Below, in pieces: positions 50,076 to 62,197 of a DNA stretch of 64,000 nucleotides. The translations under genes and the position numbers were made by a program. The DNA is from an uncultured bacterium (GTDB lineage: Bacteria > Chloroflexota > UBA5177 > JANWHV01), in NCBI GenBank assembly GCA_963729625.1, contig CAVSOU010000008.1, positions 416,001-480,000 on the forward strand, written 5' to 3'. Numbering within the stretch: the first letter of the stretch is position 1; every line of letters starts with the position of its first letter. The notes beneath the pieces are model-generated. The model made no database searches. It was not told the DNA's origin and saw nothing but the letters and a program-made list of their open reading frames with translations.

Positions 50076-52585
50076 TAGATCTGCTGCGGAAGACCTGCGC
50101 CGCGCATCGCGACAAGACCGCGCTGTCTCTTCATTCGGGGCTGAGCGACGACGCATGGAGCTATGGCCGGCTCTGGAACGGCGCTCACGCCGTAGCCCGT
50201 TACCTGCGCCGGGACCTGGGGCTGGTCGTGGGCGATCGCGTGATCGTCTGGGGCCTGAATTGCCCCGAGCTGGTAGCCACGTACTTTGGCGTCATGCTGG
50301 CACGGCTTATAGTAGTGCCTATAGATCCGTCGGCCAGGCCCGAGTACACCGGCCGAATCGCGAAGAGGACGCGGGCCGCTATCGTGGTCAGTGGCTTCGC
50401 GGCGCCGGACCTTCCGGAATGCAAGACCATTCCGCTTGCCGATCTGCCGTTCGGAGCGCCCGGCGCGCCTATCGAGGACTACCCGGCAGCGCACGAGATC
50501 GCGGAGATAGTCTTCACTTCCGGCACGACGGGCGAGCCGAAAGGCGTGATGCTGACGCACGCCAATATCGTGGCGGATATCCGCTCTGCCCGGAACCTCA
50601 TACCCGCGGATTCGCGCTACCGCTTGCTCTCGATCCTGCCGCTATCGCATATGCTGGAGCAGACCGCCGGTCTCTACCTACCACTGTCCTTCGGTGCGAC
50701 CATTCACTATTCGCAGAGCCGCCATCCCGCGACGATTCTCAAGATACTGCAGCAGCACCACATCACCATGATGGCCGTAGTACCTCAGATACTGCGCCTG
50801 TTGCTCGACAGTATCGAGCGCGAGGTGAGCCGCCAAGGCAAGACGTCGGAATGGCGCCGAGCACACCGGCTGGCCGAACGCCTGCCGATGGCCGTGCGAC
50901 GCCAGGTCTTCCGCGACGTGCACGCCACGCTCGGAGGCGCATTCCGGTTCTTCGTCTGCGGAGGTGCGTATCTGCCGCCACCGTTGGCTATTGCCTGGGA
51001 ACACATTGGCATCAAGGTTGCCCAGGGCTACGGCGCCACGGAATGCGCGCCGATCATCAGCGGGAATAGTCTCCGGAAGCGCGTTCACGGCTCGGTGGGT
51101 AAAGTCGTGCCGGGCATGGACGTTCGCCTGTCCGCTGAAGGCGAAATACTGGTAAAGGGCGCCAACGTCATGCAGGGCTACTGGCAGGATGAGGTGGCGA
51201 CGCGAAATGCGTTTACTGATGGCGGATGGTATCGCACCGGCGACATCGGAGAGATCGACCGGCACGGCTCTATCTACCTCAAGGGGCATTTGAAGGACAT
51301 TGTCGTCCTGCCGAACGGCCTTAACGTCTATCCCGAAGATGTAGAACGAGTGCTCAAGACGGCGGAAGAAGTAACCGATTGCATCGTGCTCGGCCTGCGT
51401 GATGCCGCGGGCAATGCTCGCGTGCATGCCGTGGTGATTCCGGCCGACTCGAGTGGGGACGCGCATGGACGCGTGGATCAAGCGGTGCGGAGGTCCAATG
51501 CCCGCCTGGCGCCTCACCAACGTATCAAGAGCTTCAGCGTGTGGGAGGGGAGCGACTTTCCGCGCACCAACACGCTCAAGGTGAAGCGTCATGAAGTGCT
51601 GGCGACGCTATCCGCGCCAACGCATCCTCACGAGAATGTCCGGCCACCGGAGACGGACACTCGCTTGCTTCGCCTCAAGGGCATGCTCGCCGAGCTTGGC
51701 GGCGTTGACTCCACGGCCGTGACACCGAACGCCGATCTCGCGCTCGACCTCCATCTCGACTCGCTCGCTCGCGTCGAGTTGGCAGCGCGGCTTGAAGCAG
51801 ACCTTGGCATGCCTCTGGAAGAGGAAAGCCTGACCGCGGTCAACACGGTGGCCCAGCTGCTGGAGTTGCTATCTCGAGCGATGGTCCCCTCGCCGGCAGT
51901 ACCGATAGCGACCTGGCCGCTGAGCCGGCAGGCGCGGATTGTTCGCATCGCGCTGCTGCGCGCCCTCGTCTTTCCCGTGCATGGGATGGTGTGCCGCCCA
52001 TTCACCGTCGAGGGCCGAGAGCATCTGCAAGATCTCACGCTGCCCGCTCTTTTCGTGGCGAACCATGGTAGTCATCTGGACACGCCTTCGATCCTGCGTG
52101 CATTGCCGGCCCGCATTCGACGGCGCACGGCCGTGGCCGCGGCGGCCGACTATTTCTATCGCTCGCGTCCTGCCGGTTTCGCTCTATCGCTTGCGCTCAA
52201 TGCGTTCCCCTTTTCACGTGAGGGAACCGTGCGCGCGAGCCTGAGCCATTGCGGCAAACTGGTAGAAGACGGGTGGTCGCTGCTCATTTACCCAGAAGGC
52301 ACGCGGTCATGCACCGGAGAGATGTTGCCGTTCAAGAGCGGGATCGGCCTCTTGGCGACCGAGCTGCAGATACCGATCGTGCCGATCGCCGTCGAAGGTA
52401 CGTGCGCGATTCTGCCAAAGGGCAGTCGCTGGCCGCGGCCGGGACCGGTAGCGGTCAAGATCGGCACCCCGATCCATTTCGAGCAAGGAACCAGCCGCAC
52501 CGGCGCTGCGGCACAGTTGCAGGACGCCGTAACAAGCCTGCTGCAACCCGGTAGTACCATAGTTGAGGCGATCGCGGATTCGTAG
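50063..52585 (+). CDS. Acyl-AMP ligase - ACP - PlsC acyltransferase trifunctional protein
   Basis: FTSGTTGEPKG, QGYGATE, YRTGD; LDSLARVEL (Ppant Ser); NHGSHLD and YPEGTRS. Confidence 0.9.
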   Translation: METLIDLLRKTCAAHRDKTALSLHSGLSDDAWSYGRLWNGAHAVARYLRRDLGLVVGDRVIVWGLNCPELVATYFGVMLARLIVVPIDPSARPEYTGRIAKRTRAAIVVSGFAAPDLPECKTIPLADLPFGAPGAPIEDYPAAHEIAEIVFTSGTTGEPKGVMLTHANIVADIRSARNLIPADSRYRLLSILPLSHMLEQTAGLYLPLSFGATIHYSQSRHPATILKILQQHHITMMAVVPQILRLLLDSIEREVSRQGKTSEWRRAHRLAERLPMAVRRQVFRDVHATLGGAFRFFVCGGAYLPPPLAIAWEHIGIKVAQGYGATECAPIISGNSLRKRVHGSVGKVVPGMDVRLSAEGEILVKGANVMQGYWQDEVATRNAFTDGGWYRTGDIGEIDRHGSIYLKGHLKDIVVLPNGLNVYPEDVERVLKTAEEVTDCIVLGLRDAAGNARVHAVVIPADSSGDAHGRVDQAVRRSNARLAPHQRIKSFSVWEGSDFPRTNTLKVKRHEVLATLSAPTHPHENVRPPETDTRLLRLKGMLAELGGVDSTAVTPNADLALDLHLDSLARVELAARLEADLGMPLEEESLTAVNTVAQLLELLSRAMVPSPAVPIATWPLSRQARIVRIALLRALVFPVHGMVCRPFTVEGREHLQDLTLPALFVANHGSHLDTPSILRALPARIRRRTAVAAAADYFYRSRPAGFALSLALNAFPFSREGTVRASLSHCGKLVEDGWSLLIYPEGTRSCTGEMLPFKSGIGLLATELQIPIVPIAVEGTCAILPKGSRWPRPGPVAVKIGTPIHFEQGTSRTGAAAQLQDAVTSLLQPGSTIVEAIADS

Positions 52586-52607
52586 CCGGCGGGAGGTACA
52601 TGCTTCG

Positions 52608-53165
52608 ATGATCACCGAGCTGATTGTGCAGAGCACGACTCTGCGCCTGCTGCGTGGCAACATCGTGGAGGTAGAGGCAGATGCGATCGTCAACGCGGCC
52701 AACAGCGGACTTGCCGGCGGTGGCGGCGTCGACGGCGCCATTCATCGCGCGGGTGGCCCCTCAATCATGGCCGAATGCCGCCGCATCGGCCACTGCCCCA
52801 CTGGTAGCGCGGTCATTACCGGCGCCGGCAATTTGCCCGCGCGTTACGTGATCCACGCCGTGGCGCCACTCTACGATGGCGGTACTCGAGGCGAAGCAGA
52901 ATTGCTGCGCAGCGCCTACGTGGCAAGCCTGGCTCTGGCCGACGAGCGCTCACTGCGGAGCATTGCCTTTCCGGCGCTCGGCACCGGGGCCTATCGCTAC
53001 CCCTTGCGAGAAGCAGCGGAGATCGCGTTGCACACGATCGTCACGCATCTGCAAAGCGCTACCTCACTCCATGAAGTGACCATGGTGCTTTTTGCCGCGC
53101 CAGATCTCGCGACTCACGCCGAGGTGCTGGAGCGACTGGCCCAATCCTTGAGCAACGCGGGATAG
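52608..53165 (+). CDS. Macro-domain O-acetyl-ADP-ribose deacetylase (YmdB-like)
   Basis: DAIVNAAN..GGGGVDGAIH, VIHAV, SIAFPALGTGAY. Confidence 0.92.
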   Translation: MITELIVQSTTLRLLRGNIVEVEADAIVNAANSGLAGGGGVDGAIHRAGGPSIMAECRRIGHCPTGSAVITGAGNLPARYVIHAVAPLYDGGTRGEAELLRSAYVASLALADERSLRSIAFPALGTGAYRYPLREAAEIALHTIVTHLQSATSLHEVTMVLFAAPDLATHAEVLERLAQSLSNAG

Positions 53166-54349
53166 ACCGGCTCGCTGGAGATGCGCTCGAGCACGGCGAA
53201 GCGATCGTCGCCCAGCAACAACGGCTGCACGAGCATGCGCCCGTAGGTGTAGGTGAAGGCGTAGGTGCGCCAGAGCGGCGAGCCGATGAATTCCAGCGCC
53301 TTGATCGCCTCCTTGGGCGTGAGCAATGCCCAGCGCTGCAGATAGGCGGACACCTCGTCCACTCCCATGCCGCGTTCGTGGAGCAGGATGGCAGCATTGC
53401 AGCGCACGCTGCGCGCGTGCCACATGGCTCGCCTGACGGCCAGGGCCTGTTCGACGTTCATAGCGATACCGATGCCGGGCAGCAGGTGCTCGGCGGTCCA
53501 GGCCAGATCGGCGTCGCCCGGAAAGACCACCGAGCAGGCGGAGGTCGCAATTCCCTCCGAAATCACGCATTCGGGCGTGTTGATCAATTGCACGGCGTAC
53601 TCGGCATTTCCATCGCGCAGGTACTGGCGGGTTTCGCGAAGAGCGTGCTCCGTATGATGGCCGGGGTAGCCTTCGTGCGCCATCAGGTCGACAAGAGTAT
53701 GTACGTGCACGGGAAGGTCGGTGTTCATCTCGACACGGGACCGCGCCTCGCCGAGATACCAATTGTAGCCGCTCCAGGGCTGATCCCGTACCAACGTCAC
53801 CTCGATACTTTCGCCCGCCGGCAGCGTGATGTGCTCGGCCGTACGGGCCCGGAGATCGGCGGTGATATGTGCCAGCAACGCCGGCAGCTGTTCCGGCGCC
53901 ACCTCCAGTTGACGGCGATAGGCCGCCAGGCGATCTGCCAGAGAACCGCTTCCGGGAAGAGCACGCTCGAGCGCCTCATGCGCGTGGGCGAACTCGTCCT
54001 CCGGCATCATCTCGACCTCCAGGTCGAAGAGGACACGCGCCTGCTCCGTCAGGCCAATGATTTCGCCCTGAAGAAGCCGCGTGCTTGCCCGCAAGGCCGC
54101 GACCTGCCGGTACAGATAGTCCTTACGCGCCTGCGCGTAGCCCGTCGCGGGTAGCGAGTCAAGCAACGCAGTCGCCGCGTGCTCGAGATCGGCCGCGCTT
54201 GGCGCCGGCTCGCGGAGCACGGCTTCGCGCCAATTAGCCGGTCCCGTCCAGGCATCGACAGTGCCGGGCGCCAGGCGGTCGAGCCGCAGAGATAGGAGCG
54301 CGTAGTCTCGCGTCCAGTCGTCGAACAATCCAGCGCGGTCCTCGGCCAT
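53114..54349 (-). CDS. DUF885-like putative metallopeptidase
   Basis: AHEGYPGHH motif followed by SEGIA. Confidence 0.72.
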   Translation of the reverse strand: MAEDRAGLFDDWTRDYALLSLRLDRLAPGTVDAWTGPANWREAVLREPAPSAADLEHAATALLDSLPATGYAQARKDYLYRQVAALRASTRLLQGEIIGLTEQARVLFDLEVEMMPEDEFAHAHEALERALPGSGSLADRLAAYRRQLEVAPEQLPALLAHITADLRARTAEHITLPAGESIEVTLVRDQPWSGYNWYLGEARSRVEMNTDLPVHVHTLVDLMAHEGYPGHHTEHALRETRQYLRDGNAEYAVQLINTPECVISEGIATSACSVVFPGDADLAWTAEHLLPGIGIAMNVEQALAVRRAMWHARSVRCNAAILLHERGMGVDEVSAYLQRWALLTPKEAIKALEFIGSPLWRTYAFTYTYGRMLVQPLLLGDDRFAVLERISSEPVYPALLKDWASRSSTSA

Positions 54350-54736
54350 CAGAGCTCTGCCGAGCTAGGCATCGCCCGCGACTCCGCGACCGTTATGCGC
54401 TCTGGTCGTCGCTCAGCAACCATATGTGAGGCCCTCCCGTCACCTTCTAGCATATCAGCGCGTGGTCACTTTCTCCGGCGTCCTGGCGGCGCGGCCAGCG
54501 TGTCATTGTTGAACTCTTCCGCAGAGTGTAGCCGGCTGGAATGGATGTGCCTGCTTCACGGACGCAGCCCCAGTGCAAAACCCAGCTGAAACATGCGTGT
54601 CCGCGCCGCCAAGCAGCGTTGGCCACGTGCACGATTGCCGGGTGCGCCCCCGGTATAGCACGATATAGCCGGCTATCAGGAGAAGAGCCTATACTCAATA
54701 GGCAATTTCCAGCCATCATACAAGGGCGTATCTCCA

Positions 54737-56671
<1,935 letters not shown>

Positions 56672-56743
56672 GCCGCGCAGGGTGTCTCCGCCGGCTCGCA
56701 GCAGGATGCTCGCGATCGAGCACGGTCGCATCGTAGCGGCCGG

Positions 56744-57268
56744 TTACGACAGTGACATCCCGATCTCCGGCCATTGACCCAGCACATCGACGAAATGCGG
56801 CGGCGTGAAGTGCCAGTCCTCGCCCTGGAATGGGCGCACCAGGTCGACCGACCAACCTGCCACGTCGTAGCCGCTGGCAATGGCGACCTGCGTGGCGGCA
56901 ACCTGGTCCAGCCGGCGCAATTCGCCGCTGATCTTGTAGGCGACGACAACTCTATCGTCAGGCAGGCGCAGGACCAGGTACGCGTTCCAGGGAGCAACAA
57001 TCAGCGTACGGCTGCGGATGGCGGTATCCAGGGCTTTGTCCAGGGTGTTCGTGACGTCCACCACCATGCGTGGCGCGACGCCGGACCCCCAGCGGCGCGT
57101 TTCCTCCTGCGATGGCCGGCGCAGGGCTGCCAGTGTATATGGATAGGCGGGAATGAGGCCGCGCGGCGCCGCGCAGTAGACCCTCTCGTTCGCCGCGTGA
57201 TAGAGAACGCTGCCCGGCCAGTGCTTGATCGGTTCGTATCGCGCCACTGCCCGGTCCTCGCGCTGCAC
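56744..57268 (-). CDS. Hypothetical protein
   Basis: 174 aa ORF with protein-like composition filling the gap between two genes. Confidence 0.5.
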   Translation of the reverse strand: MQREDRAVARYEPIKHWPGSVLYHAANERVYCAAPRGLIPAYPYTLAALRRPSQEETRRWGSGVAPRMVVDVTNTLDKALDTAIRSRTLIVAPWNAYLVLRLPDDRVVVAYKISGELRRLDQVAATQVAIASGYDVAGWSVDLVRPFQGEDWHFTPPHFVDVLGQWPEIGMSLS

Positions 57269-57391
57269 GTCAACTCGATATTGCTCCAGTGTACTACAGC
57301 CGGATTGAGCCTGGGCGCGCCAGGCACAACTTCCCTTTGCTGCTGCTCTATGGTTAACTATGCAAGATGATGTAGGGAGGGTGATGCCGCG

Positions 57392-57952
57392 ATGGAACGA
57401 CCAAATCTACCGCAACTCAGTTTCGACGAGTATTACATGGGCCTGGCTATTGCCGTCAGGCGACGGGCAAACTGCGTGGGCACGCGGGTCGGCGCCGTCC
57501 TCGTCAAGGACAACCGTGTGCGGGCGACCGGCTATAACGGTGTGCCCGAACACATGACAAACTGCGTGGACGGCGGCTGCGAGCGCTGTGCCAATCGGGA
57601 GAGGTATGGCGGCGGCGAAGCCTACGATCTCTGTATCTGCGTCCACGCCGAGCAGAACGCCCTGATGGTCGCCGCGCGCTACGGCATCGCCGTAAACGGC
57701 GCCCTCATCTATACCACCGTACGGCCGTGTTTCGGCTGTACCAAGGAGCTGCTGCAGTCCGGCGTGATTGGCGTGCGTTACCTCTACGATTGGAAGCCTC
57801 GGCCCGAGGCCGCGGGCGCCTATCGTCTGATTCAGGGCCGGTTCGGTGAAGGAATCAAGCGGGTAGTGGTTCCCGATCCGGATGAAGCCTGGGCCATGCC
57901 GCCCCAATCGCGCGAATTGCCGGCGGGCGGCCAGGAGCCGGCAGTAAACTGA
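57392..57952 (+). CDS. dCMP deaminase family (ComEB-like)
   Basis: TGYNG, HAEQNA, PCFGC. Confidence 0.92.
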   Translation: MERPNLPQLSFDEYYMGLAIAVRRRANCVGTRVGAVLVKDNRVRATGYNGVPEHMTNCVDGGCERCANRERYGGGEAYDLCICVHAEQNALMVAARYGIAVNGALIYTTVRPCFGCTKELLQSGVIGVRYLYDWKPRPEAAGAYRLIQGRFGEGIKRVVVPDPDEAWAMPPQSRELPAGGQEPAVN

Positions 57953-57964
57953 CAGCCAGCGCGT

Positions 57965-58930
57965 TCAGCTCATGGCGACCGGAGCAATAACCTCGTCGAT
58001 CGCTCGCAAGGTCGCCTGATCCAGCGAGATATCCGCCGCCTTCACGTTCTCGTCGATCTGCTCCGGACGCGAGGCGCCGATGATGGCGCTGCTCACGCCG
58101 TGTTGACGCAGCACCCAGGCCAGGGCGAGTTGGCTCATGGTGATACCCAGCCCATCCGCGATCGGGCGCAGGCGATCGACCGCCTGCAGCACGCGCTCTT
58201 CCAGGAAGCGGCCCAGGAACTGCGATGCTTCGCCGCCAATGGCGGCGCGCGATCCGGCGGGCGGCGGCTGGCCGGGCCGGTATTTGCCGGTCAGCACTCC
58301 CTGCGCCAGAGGCGAGAATACGATCTGGCCGATACCCTCGCGCTCGCAGAGCGGGAGCACGTCCTTCTCTAAGTACCGCTCCAATAGACTATAGCGCGGC
58401 TGATTGGAGGCGATCTGGTCCATGTTATGCTCGCGAGCGAAGGACACGGCGCTGCCGATCTGCTCGGCGCTCCACTCGCTCACGCCCGCGTAGAGCACCT
58501 TGCCCTGGCTGATCAGGTCGTCGAGCGCGCGCAGCGTCTCTTCCAGCGGGGTGTCGACATCGTACCGGTGGCACTGGTAGATGTCGACGTAGTCCACACC
58601 CAGTCGCCGCAGCGAGGCGTGCGCCTGCTCCATGATGTGCTTGCGGGAGAGGCCATGGTCGTTTGGTCCCTCGCCCATCTGGAAGAACACCTTGGTAGCC
58701 AGGACATACGACGATCGCGGGACACCCTGTAGCGCACGGCCAAGCACTTCCTCTGCGCCGCCCCGACGATAGGCGTTCGCGGTATCGAAGAGATTGATGC
58801 CGCTATCGAAGGCGTGACGGACACAGGCAATTGCCGTCTGATCCTCCACGTAACCGCCGTGAGTAAGCCAGTTCCCCAGCGCGATCGCGCTGACCTTCAA
58901 TCCTGTTTTGCCTAACCGTCGATACTGCAT
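57965..58930 (-). CDS. Aldo/keto reductase
   Basis: LGNW, FDTANAY, LATK, DIYQCH, GVSEW, FSPLAQG, IIGAS. Confidence 0.94.
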   Translation of the reverse strand: MQYRRLGKTGLKVSAIALGNWLTHGGYVEDQTAIACVRHAFDSGINLFDTANAYRRGGAEEVLGRALQGVPRSSYVLATKVFFQMGEGPNDHGLSRKHIMEQAHASLRRLGVDYVDIYQCHRYDVDTPLEETLRALDDLISQGKVLYAGVSEWSAEQIGSAVSFAREHNMDQIASNQPRYSLLERYLEKDVLPLCEREGIGQIVFSPLAQGVLTGKYRPGQPPPAGSRAAIGGEASQFLGRFLEERVLQAVDRLRPIADGLGITMSQLALAWVLRQHGVSSAIIGASRPEQIDENVKAADISLDQATLRAIDEVIAPVAMS

Positions 58931-59315
58931 CAGCACTCTCCTGCTCACCCGCTGCCGGGGATTCGTCTGTCGACCGCGGCGCTGACCGGCCCTGTCATGC
59001 CCAGGTTCGCCGTTGTCACGCGTTCGGTTGCCCGCCGTCGGCCCCCGAGAAGCATACCGCGTTCCGCGGAGGACAGCCCGCCAGCGGTGCCCAAAGCTGT
59101 CCTGAAATACACTTTTACGCCACTCGCTCCATCACTTGCGCGCTGCTATCATGGGCTGTACATAGGACAGACGACCTGGAACCGGTACTATCGCGACATG
59201 AGCCAGCCGGCCGCCTTCGTGCACGGCATATGCGGAGTCCGGAGCTACGACACCAGTAGTCGAGAACTGAGCTCGGCGATAAGGCGCCGCCTGCGCCTGA
59301 CCGTGGTGGGGGATC

Positions 59316-60413
59316 ATGAATTTCGATAATCTCTCGCCGATGGCGGCGGCTGAGCACGTTGTGCGCGGGCGCGGGGCGGGAAACGACGGCGCCGAGCCGG
59401 CGGTTGTGGTGCGGGACTTGCGGAAAGTCTACCGGGTGCCGGAGCGCGAGGCGGGCTTCGGCGCTTCGCTGCGCAGCCTTGTGCACCGCACCTTTCGCGA
59501 GGTGCGAGCGGTCGACGGCATCAGCTTCACCGTGTCGCCCGGCGAGGTAGTCGGCTTTCTGGGGCCGAACGGCGCCGGCAAGACTACCACGCTCAAGATG
59601 CTGTCCGGACTGCTCTACCCCTCGTCGGGAGATGTGCGCGTGCTCGGCTGCCTGCCCTTCCGCCGCGAGCATGCCTTTCTGCGCCGTATCACCATGGTGA
59701 TGGGCAACAAATCGCAGCTGCAATGGGACCTGCCTGCCGCCGACTTCTTCCAGATCAATCGAACGCTCTACCGGCTCTCGGATCATACCTTTCGGAAGGC
59801 GCTGGACGAGCTGGTCGAGCTGCTCGACCTTGGCGCTCTGCTCAAGAAGCAGGTGCGCTCGCTGAGCCTGGGCGAGCGAATGAAGTGCGAGCTGGCCGCC
59901 GCACTGCTCTACCGGCCCGAAATGCTTTTTCTGGACGAGCCAACCCTTGGACTGGACGTGACCATGCAGTCTCGCATCCGGCGCTTTGTCGCGGAGTACA
60001 ACGCGCGAACCGGCGCCACCGTACTGCTCACCAGTCACTACATGGCGGACGTGACGGCACTCTGCAAGCGCGTGATCGTGATCCACCACGGCAAGCTGCT
60101 CTATGACGGTCCACTGGACGATCTGGCCGGGCGTATCGCACCCTTCAAGCTGCTGCGCATCGACCTGGAGAACGAAGACAGCCTGCAAGCGCCCGAGCAG
60201 TACGGCCAGGTGGAGAGCCTCGAGGACGGCAAGCTGACACTGCGAGTGCCGAAGGAGGCAGCGCCGGCAGTCACCGCTCGCCTGCTGGCAGACCTGCCGG
60301 TGGTGGATCTCACGGTCGAAGATCCGCCGATAGAAAGCGTGATCGAACAGATCTTCCAGACCGCGGCGGGCGCCGCCCTGTCGGACCACGTGCCGGAGGG
60401 AGCGGGCAGGTGA
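59316..60413 (+). CDS. ABC transporter ATP-binding protein
   Basis: GPNGAGKTT, LSLGERMK, LDEPTLGLD. Confidence 0.94.
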   Translation: MNFDNLSPMAAAEHVVRGRGAGNDGAEPAVVVRDLRKVYRVPEREAGFGASLRSLVHRTFREVRAVDGISFTVSPGEVVGFLGPNGAGKTTTLKMLSGLLYPSSGDVRVLGCLPFRREHAFLRRITMVMGNKSQLQWDLPAADFFQINRTLYRLSDHTFRKALDELVELLDLGALLKKQVRSLSLGERMKCELAAALLYRPEMLFLDEPTLGLDVTMQSRIRRFVAEYNARTGATVLLTSHYMADVTALCKRVIVIHHGKLLYDGPLDDLAGRIAPFKLLRIDLENEDSLQAPEQYGQVESLEDGKLTLRVPKEAAPAVTARLLADLPVVDLTVEDPPIESVIEQIFQTAAGAALSDHVPEGAGR

Positions 60414-61198
60414 TCGGAGCGCTGCGAATCTACCTGATCCTATCCTGGTCAGAGATCGTGGCCTATCGCGTGGTCTTCTTTCTGTACGCGCTGTGGGCTA
60501 TCTTCCCCCCGCTAATCTACCTGGCAGTCTGGGCGACGATCGCCAACGCGGGGCCGATCGATTCTTTCACGACGAGCGATTTTGTCGCGTACTACCTGGT
60601 CTTCATGGTGGTCAACCACCTCACCGCCTCCATCGAAATCCACACGGTCGAATGGGAAATTCGCCAGGGCGCTATCTCCTCGCGCCTGCTGCTTCCCGTG
60701 CACCCGGCTATCCGGCCGCTCACCAGCAACCTGTGTTTCAAAGGGATCGGACTGTTTGTGGTGGCGCCGGGCGTGCTGCTGCTGGCGCTCATATTCCGTC
60801 CGCAGTTCCACACCGACCCCCAGAACATCGTGTTGGCCGTAGCTGCCACGCTGATGGCCGCGGCACTGCAGTTCCTCATCGGGTTCACGATCGCCATGCT
60901 GGCCTTTTGGATCACGCGCGCCGATGCGGTTGACCAGTTGCACGGAATGCTTCTGTTCCTCCTTTCTGGCCAGCTGGCGCCGCTCGCACTCTTTCCCAGC
61001 GCTCTGCGCACGGTGGCCACTGCTCTTCCCTATCGCTACATGCTCTCGTTCCCGGTAGAGGTTGCCACCGGCAGCCTTTCGACGGGCGATACCGTCCTAG
61101 GCTTTGTCCTGCAGATCGGCTGGCTCATAGCGGGCTGGAGCATGTTCCGCCTCGTCTGGGCGCGCGGCGTTCGGCACTATTCGGCCGTGGGAGGCTAG
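60410..61198 (+). CDS. ABC-2 family permease
   Basis: Six TM helices, IRQG..LLLP; coupled to the ATPase gene. Confidence 0.88.
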   Translation: MIGALRIYLILSWSEIVAYRVVFFLYALWAIFPPLIYLAVWATIANAGPIDSFTTSDFVAYYLVFMVVNHLTASIEIHTVEWEIRQGAISSRLLLPVHPAIRPLTSNLCFKGIGLFVVAPGVLLLALIFRPQFHTDPQNIVLAVAATLMAAALQFLIGFTIAMLAFWITRADAVDQLHGMLLFLLSGQLAPLALFPSALRTVATALPYRYMLSFPVEVATGSLSTGDTVLGFVLQIGWLIAGWSMFRLVWARGVRHYSAVGG

Positions 61199-61200
61199 CT

Positions 61201-62007
61201 ATGCGGAAGACGCTGCGGCTGTATCTGGCCATCTTCGCCGTCTACTTCCGCGCCTCGCTGCAGAATGAGCTTGCCTATCGTATCAATTTCGTGGTGAACG
61301 TCGGCCTGGCTCTGGTCAGCCTGGCCAATGCCCTGATCGGTGTATCCGTGATCTTTTCACACACGACGACCCTGAGTGGATGGACGTTCTCCGAAACCCT
61401 GGTGTTGCTCAGCGTGTACACCATCGTCAACGGCCTGCTCAACGTCTTCGTGGCACCCAACCTCGATCAATTGAGCGAGAGCATTCGCCAGGGCACACTG
61501 GATTTCACGCTGCTCAAGCCGGCCAGCAGCCAGTTCCTCGTCAGCTTCCAGCGCTGCCTGATCTGGGGCATGACAGATGTCGCGCTCGGCATTGGCCTGC
61601 TGGTCTACAGCCTGACCAGGGTGTCCGGCGAGAGCGGCATCGGAGCCGGTCCGCTTGCCCTGTTTGCCCTTACCCTGGCCGCGGGCGTGGTCGTGCTCTA
61701 CTGCCTGTGGACGATGCTGGCTACGTTCGCCTTCTGGTTCGTGCGCATCGACAACATGACCACGGTGCTGCACACCTTCTTCGGCATGGGCCGCTTCCCG
61801 GTTGACGCCTATCCACTGTGGATGCGCCGCGTGCTGACCTTCGTAGTACCGGTCGCCCTGATCACCACCGTGCCGGCGGAGGCCCTCAGCGGGCGGCTCA
61901 CGCCGATAGTTCCGGTTGTCTCGGTGACCGTGGCGCTCATCATGACCTGGCTCAGCACCCGTCTCTGGCGGCTCGGCCTTCGCCAGTACACCAGCGCCTC
62001 AAGCTAA
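61201..62007 (+). CDS. ABC-2 family permease
   Basis: Six TM helices, IRQGTLDFTLLKP, C-terminal YTSASS. Confidence 0.88.
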   Translation: MRKTLRLYLAIFAVYFRASLQNELAYRINFVVNVGLALVSLANALIGVSVIFSHTTTLSGWTFSETLVLLSVYTIVNGLLNVFVAPNLDQLSESIRQGTLDFTLLKPASSQFLVSFQRCLIWGMTDVALGIGLLVYSLTRVSGESGIGAGPLALFALTLAAGVVVLYCLWTMLATFAFWFVRIDNMTTVLHTFFGMGRFPVDAYPLWMRRVLTFVVPVALITTVPAEALSGRLTPIVPVVSVTVALIMTWLSTRLWRLGLRQYTSASS

Positions 62008-62197
62008 TTGGCTGACGTTGTCGCTGCAGGCCACCCTGAAAGGTCCGATCAACGGCGTGACTGTGTCCGGCACGATGACGCTGTCCGACATGCAGGATAC
62101 GATCCCGCTGGGCTGATCGGCTGCCGGCGCCATCGCACGTGCCGACATGTCGCTCTCGGTACAGACAGGCGACGGCTGCTCCTGTTAGCATGGAGCC

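Noticed and set aside
62012-62116. Coding-like fragment LTLSLQATLKGPINGVTVSGTMTLSDMQDTIPLG
   Set aside because: No start or RBS and too short to assign; at most a gene remnant
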